A stretch of 64,000 bases of DNA from an uncultured Saprospiraceae bacterium. GTDB taxonomy: Bacteria > Bacteroidota > Bacteroidia > Chitinophagales > Saprospiraceae. The notes under the pieces are model-generated. The model was given only the letters and a program-made list of their open reading frames with translations, was not told the origin of the DNA and made no database searches. Made by a program: the position numbers and the translations under genes. Position 1 is the stretch's first letter. Every line of letters begins with the position of its first letter. Below, piece after piece: positions 39,055 to 48,229 of the stretch. The DNA lies in NCBI GenBank assembly GCA_937921775.1, contig CAKZUK010000010.1, positions 12,037-76,036 on the forward strand, in the 5' to 3' direction.

Positions 39055-40971
39055 TTATACAACTCTAAAAATCACATCATCTTCATCAATCTCTTCACCA
39101 TGTCGACCTACAATCTCTACAACTTTTCCTGACTTATCAGCTGTAATTGCATTGATCACTTTCATTGCTTCAATATAAGCAATGGTATCTCCTTCGGTAA
39201 TCGTATCACCAACCTTTACAGGGGTTTCAGAAGGATCTTTAGTAAGATAAAATTTACCTTCTAGTGGAGCAATAATTTCTTTGGACTGTCCATTGGTAGC
39301 AGGGTAGGGCGGAGGTGCTGGCACATTGTTAACAGGAGTCGAGGCAGCTGTGTTTATTGCAGGAACTCCAACATCATCATAGGAAATACGTACTTTAAAT
39401 TGCTCTCCATTCACATCTACATTAAGTGACTTAGGTTGGAGTGGGGCAGTGTTAGCTGCTGCAACGGGAACAACAATCGGAGCAGAGCCAGCATTTGACT
39501 TTGCTGCTTTCTCAGCTTTTCGTTTTGCAAGGTCGGCACTAAATGTTTCTTTTGCTTTACCTGAACGGTAATCGAGGTATTGAGCAGGGTGCATGGCATA
39601 TTCTAAAAGCTCTTCATCATCTTCACCGTAATCCCATCCTTGTTTGTCCATTTTCTCTGCAAATAACTCCAACTCATCCTGATAAAGATCCTGAGGAACT
39701 CCAGTAAAAAATTCTCGTTTTTGTGCGATAGCGAGTGCCTTAATTTCAGGAGCAATAGGCGCAGGTAATTTACCCGATCGTCCCATGATCATTGCCCAAG
39801 TATTCTCATCGATCATTGACCAACGTTTTTTTCCTTTGATCAACTGAACAGCGTTCATCAAGGAAACGTTTTTGACGTATTGGCTAAATGGCGTTACTAA
39901 TGGTGGGTAACCAAGTCGAGGCCATACATATTCTACTTCCTCGAAAAGCTTCATTAATAATTGTTCTTGTGTCATTTCAGGTTTCCCATTTTTGGTCAAC
40001 CATTTATTCAAACTACGCAAGTTCTTTTCTAAATCAGCCATTAAACTACCCATCATACCACCTGGTAAACCTGGTCCAATCAACAAGGCGTTTAAAGATC
40101 GGTTCATGGGGTTGATGTAATAACCAAGGAAGTCATCCATGAATTCTTGTGTCAAAGCACGAGCTTCCATGTAAGCATTCATGTTGATATCTGGTATACT
40201 GAATCCAGCATCTTTGAGCATTGCATGGATCGTTAATATATCAGCATGACCTGTTCCCCAAGAAAGAGGCGACATCCCAACATCAATTATATCTGCTCCG
40301 TTTCTTGCAGCCTCTAAACTTGAAGCTACTGAAAGTCCAGGAGTGGAATGTCCGTGATATTGAACAAGTACATCTGGATGACGAGATTTGATGCCAGCTA
40401 CTATTTTCCCAACAGAGACCGGACGACCGATACCCGCCATATCCTTTATGCAAATCTCCTCTGCACCAAGGTCAATATATTTATCAGCTAATTGAATGTA
40501 ATAATCGACGGTATGAACAGGGCTAAAAGTGAGACTTAGAGCGCCTTGAGCAATCATGCCTCCTTCTTTAGCAAACTGAAATGAATTTCTTAAGTTTTCC
40601 GGATTGTTGAGTCCATCAAAAGAGCGGGAGATATCTGTCCCTTGTTTCTTTTTGACAATGAACATCAGGCGACGGATATCAGCAGACACCGGACTCATAC
40701 GTATTCCGTTGAGACCACGTTCCAGCATTTGAGTTTGGATACCTGCGTCGTTAAACGGTTGTGTCCATTCTCTTACGGCTCTGTTCGGGTTTTCACCGTA
40801 GAGCAAGTTGATTTGCTCAAAGCCCCCACCATTCGTTTCTACTCGGCTAAAACAACCCATATCTATTATTGGCTGTGCCACTCTTTTCAATTGATCGACT
40901 CTAGGAACATATTTCCCTGACGACTGCCACATGTCACGATATACGAGACAAAATTTAATTTCTTTTCCCAT
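39055..40971 (-). CDS. oadA: Oxaloacetate decarboxylase alpha subunit / pyruvate carboxylase subunit B-type carboxyltransferase with C-terminal biotinyl domain
   Basis: HMGL-like TIM barrel (RDMWQS, ETNGGG, IKDMAGI, HGHSTPG). A Pro/Ala-rich linker precedes the biotinyl-lysine motif IEAMKV. I prefer ATG 40971 over the tracked GTG at 40986. Confidence 0.9.
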   Translation of the reverse strand: MGKEIKFCLVYRDMWQSSGKYVPRVDQLKRVAQPIIDMGCFSRVETNGGGFEQINLLYGENPNRAVREWTQPFNDAGIQTQMLERGLNGIRMSPVSADIRRLMFIVKKKQGTDISRSFDGLNNPENLRNSFQFAKEGGMIAQGALSLTFSPVHTVDYYIQLADKYIDLGAEEICIKDMAGIGRPVSVGKIVAGIKSRHPDVLVQYHGHSTPGLSVASSLEAARNGADIIDVGMSPLSWGTGHADILTIHAMLKDAGFSIPDINMNAYMEARALTQEFMDDFLGYYINPMNRSLNALLIGPGLPGGMMGSLMADLEKNLRSLNKWLTKNGKPEMTQEQLLMKLFEEVEYVWPRLGYPPLVTPFSQYVKNVSLMNAVQLIKGKKRWSMIDENTWAMIMGRSGKLPAPIAPEIKALAIAQKREFFTGVPQDLYQDELELFAEKMDKQGWDYGEDDEELLEYAMHPAQYLDYRSGKAKETFSADLAKRKAEKAAKSNAGSAPIVVPVAAANTAPLQPKSLNVDVNGEQFKVRISYDDVGVPAINTAASTPVNNVPAPPPYPATNGQSKEIIAPLEGKFYLTKDPSETPVKVGDTITEGDTIAYIEAMKVINAITADKSGKVVEIVGRHGEEIDEDDVIFRVV

Positions 40972-41067
40972 GTTTGTGCGTTTCACTTATTGAATGGGGT
41001 AAAATATTTATCGTTTCAACTATTTCTTAACCCCTAATTAACTATTGATTTAATTAAAAACTTTCTT

Positions 41068-41346
41068 TTATACTTTTTCGATTCTACTTATTTTTCCTTT
41101 ACCATTGGTTACTGCTTCTACTGCAGCAATAATCGCAACCATTTTACTTTTTGAAATGTTATCCTCATCATAAAAGACTGGGATTGGCTTAGTCTTAGAA
41201 TTTTGTATTTTTTGCTCTCCTGGAAAGAACCGATTGACAAACTTTATCAAGGTTTGACCAGTTATCAACACGAGAAAGAGAATAATAAAAACGGTTATCA
41301 TTCCTACTAACAAAACTAAAAGAGCCTGACTAATTACTGGATCCAT
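41068..41346 (-). CDS. oadG: Small single-TM protein, OadG (decarboxylase gamma subunit)-like
   Basis: From ATG 41346: MDPVISQALLVLLVGMITVFIILFLVLI..., an N-terminal TM helix. Its position directly upstream of oadA-oadB matches the oadGAB order. Confidence 0.55.
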   Translation of the reverse strand: MDPVISQALLVLLVGMITVFIILFLVLITGQTLIKFVNRFFPGEQKIQNSKTKPIPVFYDEDNISKSKMVAIIAAVEAVTNGKGKISRIEKV

Positions 41347-41515
41347 ATAAATTTCATTTAAAAAGTAAGTGTAACAACTACACCCACCCAAATTTTAGGT
41401 TGCCAAAGTAACTAAATTAGATTAAAAAATTGCGTGATTTGGCAATTTAAAGCACTAATAATTGGTCTACATAGTTTGTACCTAACAAGTAGCAGTAAAG
41501 TTTTAAACAAAAACA

Positions 41516-41523
41516 TATCTTTG
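41516..41523 (+). promoter_or_regulatory. Candidate -7 promoter box TATCTTTG
   Basis: Exact TAnnTTTG match, 53 nt upstream of ATG 41576. Confidence 0.3.
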
Positions 41524-41575
41524 GCCTTCTTAAAACGATTTGCTCAAAGAAATCAATAAAAACAAGAGATTATTA

Positions 41576-42874
41576 ATGGATAAGGCAATACAAGTATTCA
41601 AATTTGGAGGTGCTTCTGTTAAAGATGCAGAAGCAGTTAAGAACGTTGCAGGCATTCTTGAGAATTATAAGGATAAATCTTTGGTTGTCATTGTTTCAGC
41701 AATGGGTAAAACAACCAATGCTTTAGAAAAAATCGTGGCAGCATATTTCGAAAAAGACATTGAAAAAGCTTTATCCTTATTAGAGGAAACGAAAATTGCT
41801 CATTATCAGATCATGGCCAATTTGTTTGACCAAAATCATGAGATATTTCCGATGGTCAATGATATTTTTGTAGAGATAGAATGGGTATTAGAAGATGATG
41901 TCCAAGATGGCTATGATTACATTTATGATCAAATCGTATCCGTTGGTGAATTGGCTTCTAGTAGAATTCTTGCAAGCTATTTGAATGAAAAAGGGCTATC
42001 TACTGCATGGCTAGACACTCGCGATGTTATCTTGACTGACGACTCATTTAGAGAAGCACGGGTTAATTGGGAACAAACTCAAAATCGCGCTCAAAAACAA
42101 GTCCCTGCTTTGCTTAAAAATAACCAGTTCGTTCTCACACAGGGCTTTATTGCAAGCAACAATGAAAACCAAACTACCACTCTCGGTAGAGAAGGCTCTG
42201 ACTTTACAGCGGCAATTTATTCCTTTTGCCTTGACGCTACTTCATTGAGTATTTGGAAAGATGTACCCGGTATATTAACCGCTGACCCTAGATTATTTGA
42301 TAATGTCACACTAATCAATCGCTTGTCCTACAAAGAGGCAATTGAAATGACCTATTATGGAGCTAAAGTTATTCATCCAAAAACGATCAAGCCCCTTCAA
42401 AACAAAAACATACCTCTTTTTGTAAAATCATTTATTGATCCAGAAGGAGAGGGGACAATGATAGACGCTGATACAAATATAATTGAGTATCCTCCAGTAA
42501 TTGTCGTAGAGCGCAATCAATGCCTTTTACACATTTCAACTAAAGATTTTTCATTTGTGGCAGAATGGCATCTATCCTATCTTTTCAAATTATTCAATGA
42601 GCATCGGATCAAAATCAATATGATGCAAAACATGGCGATCAGTTTTTCCGTTTGCGTTACCAATATCCCCGATAGAATCAAAACACTTATTGATACTTTA
42701 GAAAAAGATTTTAAAGTAGTAAAGGACGATAATCTAGATTTGATAACTGTTCGAAACTATAGAGAAGAAATGCTAAAAGATTTAACTCAAGGCAAGATTG
42801 TCTTATTTGAAGAGCGTATTCGTAAAACTATTCAAATGGTAATCAAAAATGTGCCTTCAATGAAATGGAAATGA
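41576..42874 (+). CDS. lysC: Aspartate kinase
   Basis: VFKFGGASV, VVVSAMGKTTN, TTLGREGSDFTAA and a C-terminal ACT-like region. I prefer ATG 41576; the tracked ORF starts at TTG 41540. Confidence 0.9.
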   Translation: MDKAIQVFKFGGASVKDAEAVKNVAGILENYKDKSLVVIVSAMGKTTNALEKIVAAYFEKDIEKALSLLEETKIAHYQIMANLFDQNHEIFPMVNDIFVEIEWVLEDDVQDGYDYIYDQIVSVGELASSRILASYLNEKGLSTAWLDTRDVILTDDSFREARVNWEQTQNRAQKQVPALLKNNQFVLTQGFIASNNENQTTTLGREGSDFTAAIYSFCLDATSLSIWKDVPGILTADPRLFDNVTLINRLSYKEAIEMTYYGAKVIHPKTIKPLQNKNIPLFVKSFIDPEGEGTMIDADTNIIEYPPVIVVERNQCLLHISTKDFSFVAEWHLSYLFKLFNEHRIKINMMQNMAISFSVCVTNIPDRIKTLIDTLEKDFKVVKDDNLDLITVRNYREEMLKDLTQGKIVLFEERIRKTIQMVIKNVPSMKWK

Positions 42875-43071
42875 AATTAGTATTGTCACATTAAGAATAA
42901 AACTGGCAATGTTTTTGATCTAACTAAAAAATACTCGCTCAAAATAAAACCAATCATTAAACAGTTCAAAGACTGAATTACTTTAATTCTTCTTTTTGAA
43001 ACATAATTTTGATTTAATAGTTAGAGCACTTAAGCCCCCCATTCATATCACCCATTCTAAAACTCTGAAAT

Positions 43072-43269
43072 ATGGATAGTAACGATTTCAACAAACTCAT
43101 CGGTCTTTTATCAAAATTAAATGCCGCCACCTCAAAAGCAAAAAGAGAGGATGGATGTTTTAGTAAGTATCACACGAGCTCAATTGAGATTCTTAATGAC
43201 TTACCAACACACATTAGACGTCTTGAACAAGGATTAAGAACTGCTAGAGTACTAAAGGAAGTTCATTAA
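43072..43269 (+). CDS. Hypothetical small protein (65 aa)
   Basis: ORF followed 18 nt later by a very strong terminator. No motif recognised. Confidence 0.45.
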   Translation: MDSNDFNKLIGLLSKLNAATSKAKREDGCFSKYHTSSIEILNDLPTHIRRLEQGLRTARVLKEVH

Positions 43270-43286
43270 TAATAAGACTCGTCAAT

Positions 43287-43325
43287 AAAAAAGCCTTTGA
43301 TCAACGTGATCAAAGGCTTTTTTTA
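43287..43325. terminator. Strong bidirectional rho-independent terminator (17-bp perfect stem AAAAAAGCCTTTGATCA / TGATCAAAGGCTTTTTT)
   Basis: Arms read directly, with a 3-nt loop ACG. An A-run precedes the stem and a T-run follows it. Confidence 0.8.
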
Positions 43326-43478
43326 TTAAAGTTGTTAAGAAGCAAAGAAGCTGTAACAACATATTTTAAAAAACGTATATCCTTCTGTATGAAAGCAGAC
43401 CATGCTTTCTCGATTATTCCCAAATACCGATTAAATAAAAACTCCAAGCTTTTAAAGCTACGTCATAGGGTTTTGAGG

Positions 43479-43508
43479 GGATAAGGCTTCATCGCTTTAT
43501 CCTTTTTT
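43479..43508 (+). terminator. Orphan + strand terminator (GGATAAGGC/GCTTTATCC + TTTTTT)
   Basis: 9-bp stem with one G-U pair that forms only on the + strand, followed by 6 T. No annotated + strand gene ends here. Confidence 0.5.
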
Positions 43509-43526
43509 ATTGAAGCTGTTTTTAAA

Positions 43527-44717
43527 TTATTTAATCACTCCAAGTGCTTTTCCAACTTTAGTAAAAGCTGCTACTGCTTTTTCCAAATGCGCTCGCTCAT
43601 GTCCTGCAGAGATCTGCACACGAATCCTTGCGAGATCCTTAGGTACTACAGGGTAATAAAACCCAATCACATAAATACCTTCATCTAAAAGAGCATTCGC
43701 AAACTTCTGAGATAACTTCGCATCGTAAAGCATAATGGGTACAATTGCGTGTACACCTGGAATAATATCAAAGCCTTGCTTAGCCATTTCTTCACGAAAA
43801 TACTTCGTATTCTCTTCTAGCTTATCTCTCAAAACAGTGCTTTCACTCAATAGGTCGAGTACCTTAATAGAAGCCCCCACAATAGCAGGAGCTAAAGTAT
43901 TAGAAAATAAATAAGGGCGAGAACGTTGGCGAAGTATCTCTACTATTTCCTTTTTAGCAGCAGTAAAACCTCCAGAAGCACCACCAAGTGCCTTCCCAAA
44001 TGTTCCAGTGATAATATCCACACGTCCCATCGCATTACAATATTCATGCGTTCCTCTTCCTGTCTTTCCTACAAAACCTGTAGAATGACATTCGTCAACC
44101 ATTACCATTGCATCATACTTATCTGCCAGATCACATATCTTATCAATTTGAGCAATCGTTCCGTCCATTGAAAAGACACCATCCGTAGCAATCAAACGAC
44201 GTCTAGCCCCCTGAGCCTCTTTCAACTTAGCCTCCAAGTCTTCCATGTCATTCGTCTTGTAACGAAAACGAGCAGCTTTACAAAGACGCACTCCATCAAT
44301 AATTGAAGCATGATTAAGCGAATCACTAATGATTGCATCCTCTGCAGTTAGAATGGGTTCAAACAAACCTCCGTTTGCATCAAAAGCAGCGGCATATAAA
44401 ATCGCATCTTCCATTCCAAGAAAATCAGCAATCTTTCTTTCCAGTTCTTTATGAATGTTTTGTGTTCCACAAATAAAGCGAACAGAAGACATTCCAAATC
44501 CGTGTGTATCAATCGCGTCTTTAGCGGCTTTAATTACATCAGGGTGAGAGGAGAGTCCTAGGTAATTGTTCGCACAAAAATTAAGCACTGTACCGCCTGA
44601 TTCCGTTTTTATTTCTGCAGATTGAGGCGTAATAATAATACGCTCTGCTTTATATAATCCAGCTGCTTTGATTTCTGAAAGTTCAGCCTGTAAAGCTGGT
44701 TCTACTGATTTAAACAT
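43527..44717 (-). CDS. kbl: 2-amino-3-ketobutyrate CoA ligase (glycine C-acetyltransferase)
   Basis: 396 aa. Motifs [29 protein letters not shown] (PLP lysine), RVQISAGH. Confidence 0.9.
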   Translation of the reverse strand: MFKSVEPALQAELSEIKAAGLYKAERIIITPQSAEIKTESGGTVLNFCANNYLGLSSHPDVIKAAKDAIDTHGFGMSSVRFICGTQNIHKELERKIADFLGMEDAILYAAAFDANGGLFEPILTAEDAIISDSLNHASIIDGVRLCKAARFRYKTNDMEDLEAKLKEAQGARRRLIATDGVFSMDGTIAQIDKICDLADKYDAMVMVDECHSTGFVGKTGRGTHEYCNAMGRVDIITGTFGKALGGASGGFTAAKKEIVEILRQRSRPYLFSNTLAPAIVGASIKVLDLLSESTVLRDKLEENTKYFREEMAKQGFDIIPGVHAIVPIMLYDAKLSQKFANALLDEGIYVIGFYYPVVPKDLARIRVQISAGHERAHLEKAVAAFTKVGKALGVIK

Positions 44718-44770
44718 ATTGTGTGTTAATTTTATGATCTACTTTTTGGTGTAATAAGTTTGACTTCGAA

Positions 44771-45754
44771 CTAAAACTTCTTAACTATTTGCTCAGTTAT
44801 AGATCGAGATTTTTTAATTTTTTTTTTAAGATTTAGGATCATATCTTTTGTCATTGATTCCAAATCATAAGTAGGTGACCAGCCCCAATCATTGCGAGCC
44901 GAACTATCATCAATACTATCCGACCATGAATCGGCAATCGCCTGTCTAAAGTCTGGTTCGTAATCAGTAGTGAAGGCTGGGATATTTTTTTGAATCTCTG
45001 CCACCAATTCTTTTGGCGTGAAATCCATTCCTGAAAGATTATATGAACCTCGTTCCTTAATTTTTTCTGAAGGCGCTTCCATCAAGTCAAGAGTTGCTCG
45101 AATAGCATCTGGCATATACATCATAGGCAGCCTTGTATCATCTTCCAGATAACAAGTATAATTTTCCCCTTTTACTGCATAGTGAAAAATTTCTACTGCA
45201 TAGTCTGTTGTTCCACCACCAGGTAGAGATTGATAACTAATGATACCAGGGTAGCGCAAGCTCCGGATATCAAGGCCATAGCGTTTGTGGTAGTAAGCAC
45301 ACCAATGCTCGCCTGCAAGTTTGCTCATTCCATAAACCGTAGAAGGATTGAGAACAGTATCTTGTGGAGTATTAATACTAGGAGTACGATCACCATAAAC
45401 AGCAATAGAACTAGGGTAGAAGATGCGGCTGATTTGTTTTTCTCGAGCAGCTTCCAACACATTGAAGAGACCATTCATATTTAGCTCCCAGGTAAATAAA
45501 GGATTCTTTTCTCCCTTTGCAGAAAGTAGAGCAGCAAGATGATAGATTTCAGTGATTTGGTATTGATCAATAAGACTTAGCAATCGCTCTTTATCGAGAA
45601 TATTGAGGATTTCGAATTTTGCTAAATCGTGAGCAGGTTTATTAATATCAGTTATGATGACATTTTGTTTACCATACTTTAGTACTAAAGCTTCGGTAAG
45701 AACGGAGCCAATTTGACCGCTAGCTCCGGTTATCAAGATTCTTTTTATCCTCAT
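44771..45754 (-). CDS. tdh: NAD-dependent epimerase/dehydratase-fold L-threonine 3-dehydrogenase (SDR-type TDH)
   Basis: ILITGASGQIGS, YGMSK (YxxxK), and its position directly upstream of kbl. I prefer ATG 45754; the tracked ORF starts at GTG 45778. Confidence 0.75.
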   Translation of the reverse strand: MRIKRILITGASGQIGSVLTEALVLKYGKQNVIITDINKPAHDLAKFEILNILDKERLLSLIDQYQITEIYHLAALLSAKGEKNPLFTWELNMNGLFNVLEAAREKQISRIFYPSSIAVYGDRTPSINTPQDTVLNPSTVYGMSKLAGEHWCAYYHKRYGLDIRSLRYPGIISYQSLPGGGTTDYAVEIFHYAVKGENYTCYLEDDTRLPMMYMPDAIRATLDLMEAPSEKIKERGSYNLSGMDFTPKELVAEIQKNIPAFTTDYEPDFRQAIADSWSDSIDDSSARNDWGWSPTYDLESMTKDMILNLKKKIKKSRSITEQIVKKF

Positions 45755-45919
45755 AGAGTTTATCGCCTTGAGATTCACATAGTAAGTTGCACATCTGACT
45801 TAAGTTTATTTAAAGTAAAATGACAACGATTATAAAACACTGTCTGCAAAATAAGGATAGTTTTCTTGTTTAGTTAGCAAAATCAAGTGATTTTCTTTGA
45901 ATTATTTTTTGGCGAAAAT

Positions 45920-46450
45920 TCACTGAGGGAAGTCAGGTATCTCCGCTAGGAAGGTAAACGTTTCCTTTTTATAATCCATTTCGCAACAATAGGTATCTAA
46001 ACCATTGGTAACCAGCAAGTAAGGAACTCTTAAAGGTGTATTATATCGAGCTATCTGTTCAAAAGCCGCCAAAGTAATGGGCACCTCCGCAGCTTTGCAC
46101 TCAACAAGCATAAGAGGTATCATTTGTTTATCATATATCAACACATCGCACCTTTTTGGCATTTGATTAAAAACCACCTTTTTTTCAACACTTATTCGAT
46201 TTGGATTGTATGATTTAACTTGAATTAAGTACTGAATAAGAAGCTGACGTACGAATTCTTCTGGCGCGAGAACGAGTAATTTTCGTCGAATCGGATCAAA
46301 GATCATTCTTTTATTATCCACCTTCTCTATTCGTAGAGAGCTGGAAAAACCAGTAAAATCAATAGGTATTTTCACTTTCAATAATTTGAATGAAGCATTG
46401 CTGCAAAAGCAATAAACACTTTTTAAATATTTTATTTTAATATAAAACAA
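45920..46450 (-). CDS. HsdR_N-like (type I restriction enzyme R N-terminal, PD-(D/E)xK-like) small stand-alone protein; start codon uncertain
   Basis: Motifs LAPEEFVRQ, ISVEK, RCDVLIY, LMLVECKA. There is no ATG before the conserved N-terminal segment; candidates are TTG at 46450 or TTG at 46381. Confidence 0.6.
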   Translation of the reverse strand: MFYIKIKYLKSVYCFCSNASFKLLKVKIPIDFTGFSSSLRIEKVDNKRMIFDPIRRKLLVLAPEEFVRQLLIQYLIQVKSYNPNRISVEKKVVFNQMPKRCDVLIYDKQMIPLMLVECKAAEVPITLAAFEQIARYNTPLRVPYLLVTNGLDTYCCEMDYKKETFTFLAEIPDFPQ

Positions 46451-46606
46451 TAAACCATGCTACTATGTCACAAATACTCAAAAATATTGCAAACAAGTAA
46501 AGGCTAGATAAGATATTATTGTTATATAATTCATCTGACAACAACACAAAACTAACTGGTCAGATAAATTACCCAAACGTTTTACAACAAATAAACACAA
46601 TTAACA

Positions 46607-47152
46607 ATGAAAGAATTCAACATTCTTTTGGTCGGAGACTTTCTCTCTGAGCAAGAGATCACAACTGCGCTTAATTCGTTCGAAGAATTCTACCAAAGCG
46701 TCACCCACAAACACCAGAGAAAAACAAAATTAACAATAGTTGAAAGTCCACGTAACTTTTCTACTATAAATAAATTGATAGATGAGCGCAATCTAAATAC
46801 AGCATGTAATCTTATTTCTCCAGAAAATGAGACTGCAGTTACAAATGTATTAAAGAATAGCTCAATTATGTTTTTGCCCACGGCAAGCAACATCTCTAAA
46901 TTGATTCCAGTTGCTTTTAAAAACAAGCTTCCAATTCTAACTATTTCTACTGATTCAAATAGAGAACTACTTGACAACACTTGTAGTCGAATGGTAAAAG
47001 GGACAAATAAAAATGATATGGAAGAGCATTTCTCAGAAATATTAAACATGCTTTATTTTGACCCTGAAGCACGTCAAATCTTAGCCAAAGGTTCATTGAG
47101 TCGATTCAATAAGGAATATAGCTGGGGGAAATTAAACGCTATGTCTGCCTAA
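46607..47152 (+). CDS. Hypothetical protein (181 aa), weak Rossmann/glycosyltransferase-C-terminal-like pattern
   Basis: Intact ORF. NILLVGD..., IMFLPTA..., LPILTISTDSNRELL. Assignment is weak. Confidence 0.4.
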   Translation: MKEFNILLVGDFLSEQEITTALNSFEEFYQSVTHKHQRKTKLTIVESPRNFSTINKLIDERNLNTACNLISPENETAVTNVLKNSSIMFLPTASNISKLIPVAFKNKLPILTISTDSNRELLDNTCSRMVKGTNKNDMEEHFSEILNMLYFDPEARQILAKGSLSRFNKEYSWGKLNAMSA

Positions 47153-47171
47153 AGAATGGGATGTTTCTATA

Positions 47172-47208
47172 GAGTTAGATCCTTCTTTTCAAAAGTGGGA
47201 TCTAACTC
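47172..47208. terminator. Hairpin between convergent genes (GAGTTAGATCC / GGGATCTAACTC)
   Basis: 11-bp stem with a 14-nt loop. No clear T-run on either strand. Confidence 0.4.
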
Positions 47209-47351
47209 AAAATAATTGGATTCACAACTAGTAAGTGCTTTGACTTAATTGGTTTAACATTAATCGATGAAGAATTTTTAGTTCAATTGACTAATTATTT
47301 GTCTTCATCCTTTTGGCTGGAGTCAAATAATTAGGTCATAGCACTTAAGTA

Positions 47352-47912
47352 CTATTTCAACTCTTTCACCTTTACCTTCACATCGTGCTGAATTTTGAGA
47401 AATTCAGCCATATTAAGTAGTTCAAGATGTTGCTCCTTTGTTTCAATATCTAATTCACATTCAAAGACTCCTTTTTTTGTAGGTATACGCATAAAGCTTC
47501 CGCCAAAAAGTTGGTCTTTCTTTCTTGCCTTTCCTTCAGCTAAGGTCTTTATGTCAAAACTAATTTCCTGCAACTGTTCTTGCGGGATATCAAATCTCTC
47601 TTTTCCTTTCACAATTTGTAATGCATCTTCATTAAACTGAATAGCTCCGTTAATTATCGTTTTTTTCCTAAACAATGTCCGAATTGCAGGCAGGATCAAA
47701 AAAATCAGCAAAGCTAAAATTCCCAAATAAACGAACTGAGAATAAGCACCAACGCCTATTTGCGCAATAAATTTATCAACAATTGGAATTCTCCCCATGT
47801 CCATATAGGTCAAGCCCATATAACCCAACAAAGCCGCTGAGAATAAACCTGTTAGAAGGGATCGCTTTCGAATCCTTCTTCTTTTAATAATATTGGCTTT
47901 AAAGCTAAACAT
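47352..47912 (-). CDS. Membrane protein of unknown function (2 TM + ~100-aa soluble C-domain)
   Basis: 186 aa. Basic N-terminus KRRRIRKR, then TM helices LLTGLFSAALLGYMGL and VYLGILALLIFLILPAI. Divergent from the Clp-like gene. Confidence 0.5.
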   Translation of the reverse strand: MFSFKANIIKRRRIRKRSLLTGLFSAALLGYMGLTYMDMGRIPIVDKFIAQIGVGAYSQFVYLGILALLIFLILPAIRTLFRKKTIINGAIQFNEDALQIVKGKERFDIPQEQLQEISFDIKTLAEGKARKKDQLFGGSFMRIPTKKGVFECELDIETKEQHLELLNMAEFLKIQHDVKVKVKELK

Positions 47913-48202
47913 ATAAATAAGTTTGTTTTGTAACTATGGAAGTCCGAAGAAAAGAAGACGGGGATTTCCCCCAAACCTAAATCCTTGTTTCCTAGAAATT
48001 CAAAGTAGAACGATGCGTTAAGGCATAAGGCCTAAAAAAGGTCAACTTCCATCTTCCTTTTCAAGCAAGGTTTACATTAGTTTTATAAAATGATCGTCCA
48101 TTTTTCTCCAATGATCTAACACAAAAATATCAAAGCTGCCCATACATTCTGAATTTTATCGACTAAAAGGTTGAAAATCCTAACTAATTAGGCAAATTCC
48201 AA

Positions 48203-48210
48203 TACATTTG
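48203..48210 (+). promoter_or_regulatory. Candidate -7 promoter box TACATTTG
   Basis: Exact TAnnTTTG match, 20 nt upstream of ATG 48230. Confidence 0.35.
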
Positions 48211-48229
48211 CGATAGAACAAATAAAAAT

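Noticed and set aside
41392-41575. Possible lysine riboswitch upstream of aspartate kinase.
   Set aside because: The leader is only ~180 nt and very AT-rich. It lacks the conserved G-rich junction sequences of the L-box, and no multi-helix structure is evident.
45920-46450. HsdR_N-domain gene as a sign of a type I restriction-modification or defence island.
   Set aside because: There is no HsdM, HsdS or full-length HsdR helicase, and no other defence genes nearby. As far as I recall, small stand-alone HsdR_N-like proteins are common conserved genes in Bacteroidota.
1271-47975. Shared AAG(T/C)CCGAAG strings at ~1273, ~1340 (minus strand), ~30531 and ~47937, as a possible dispersed repeat family.
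   Set aside because: Only ~10 nt are shared. GCCCGAAG-type strings are generic GC-clamp and tetraloop-like parts of terminator stems. The flanks do not align.
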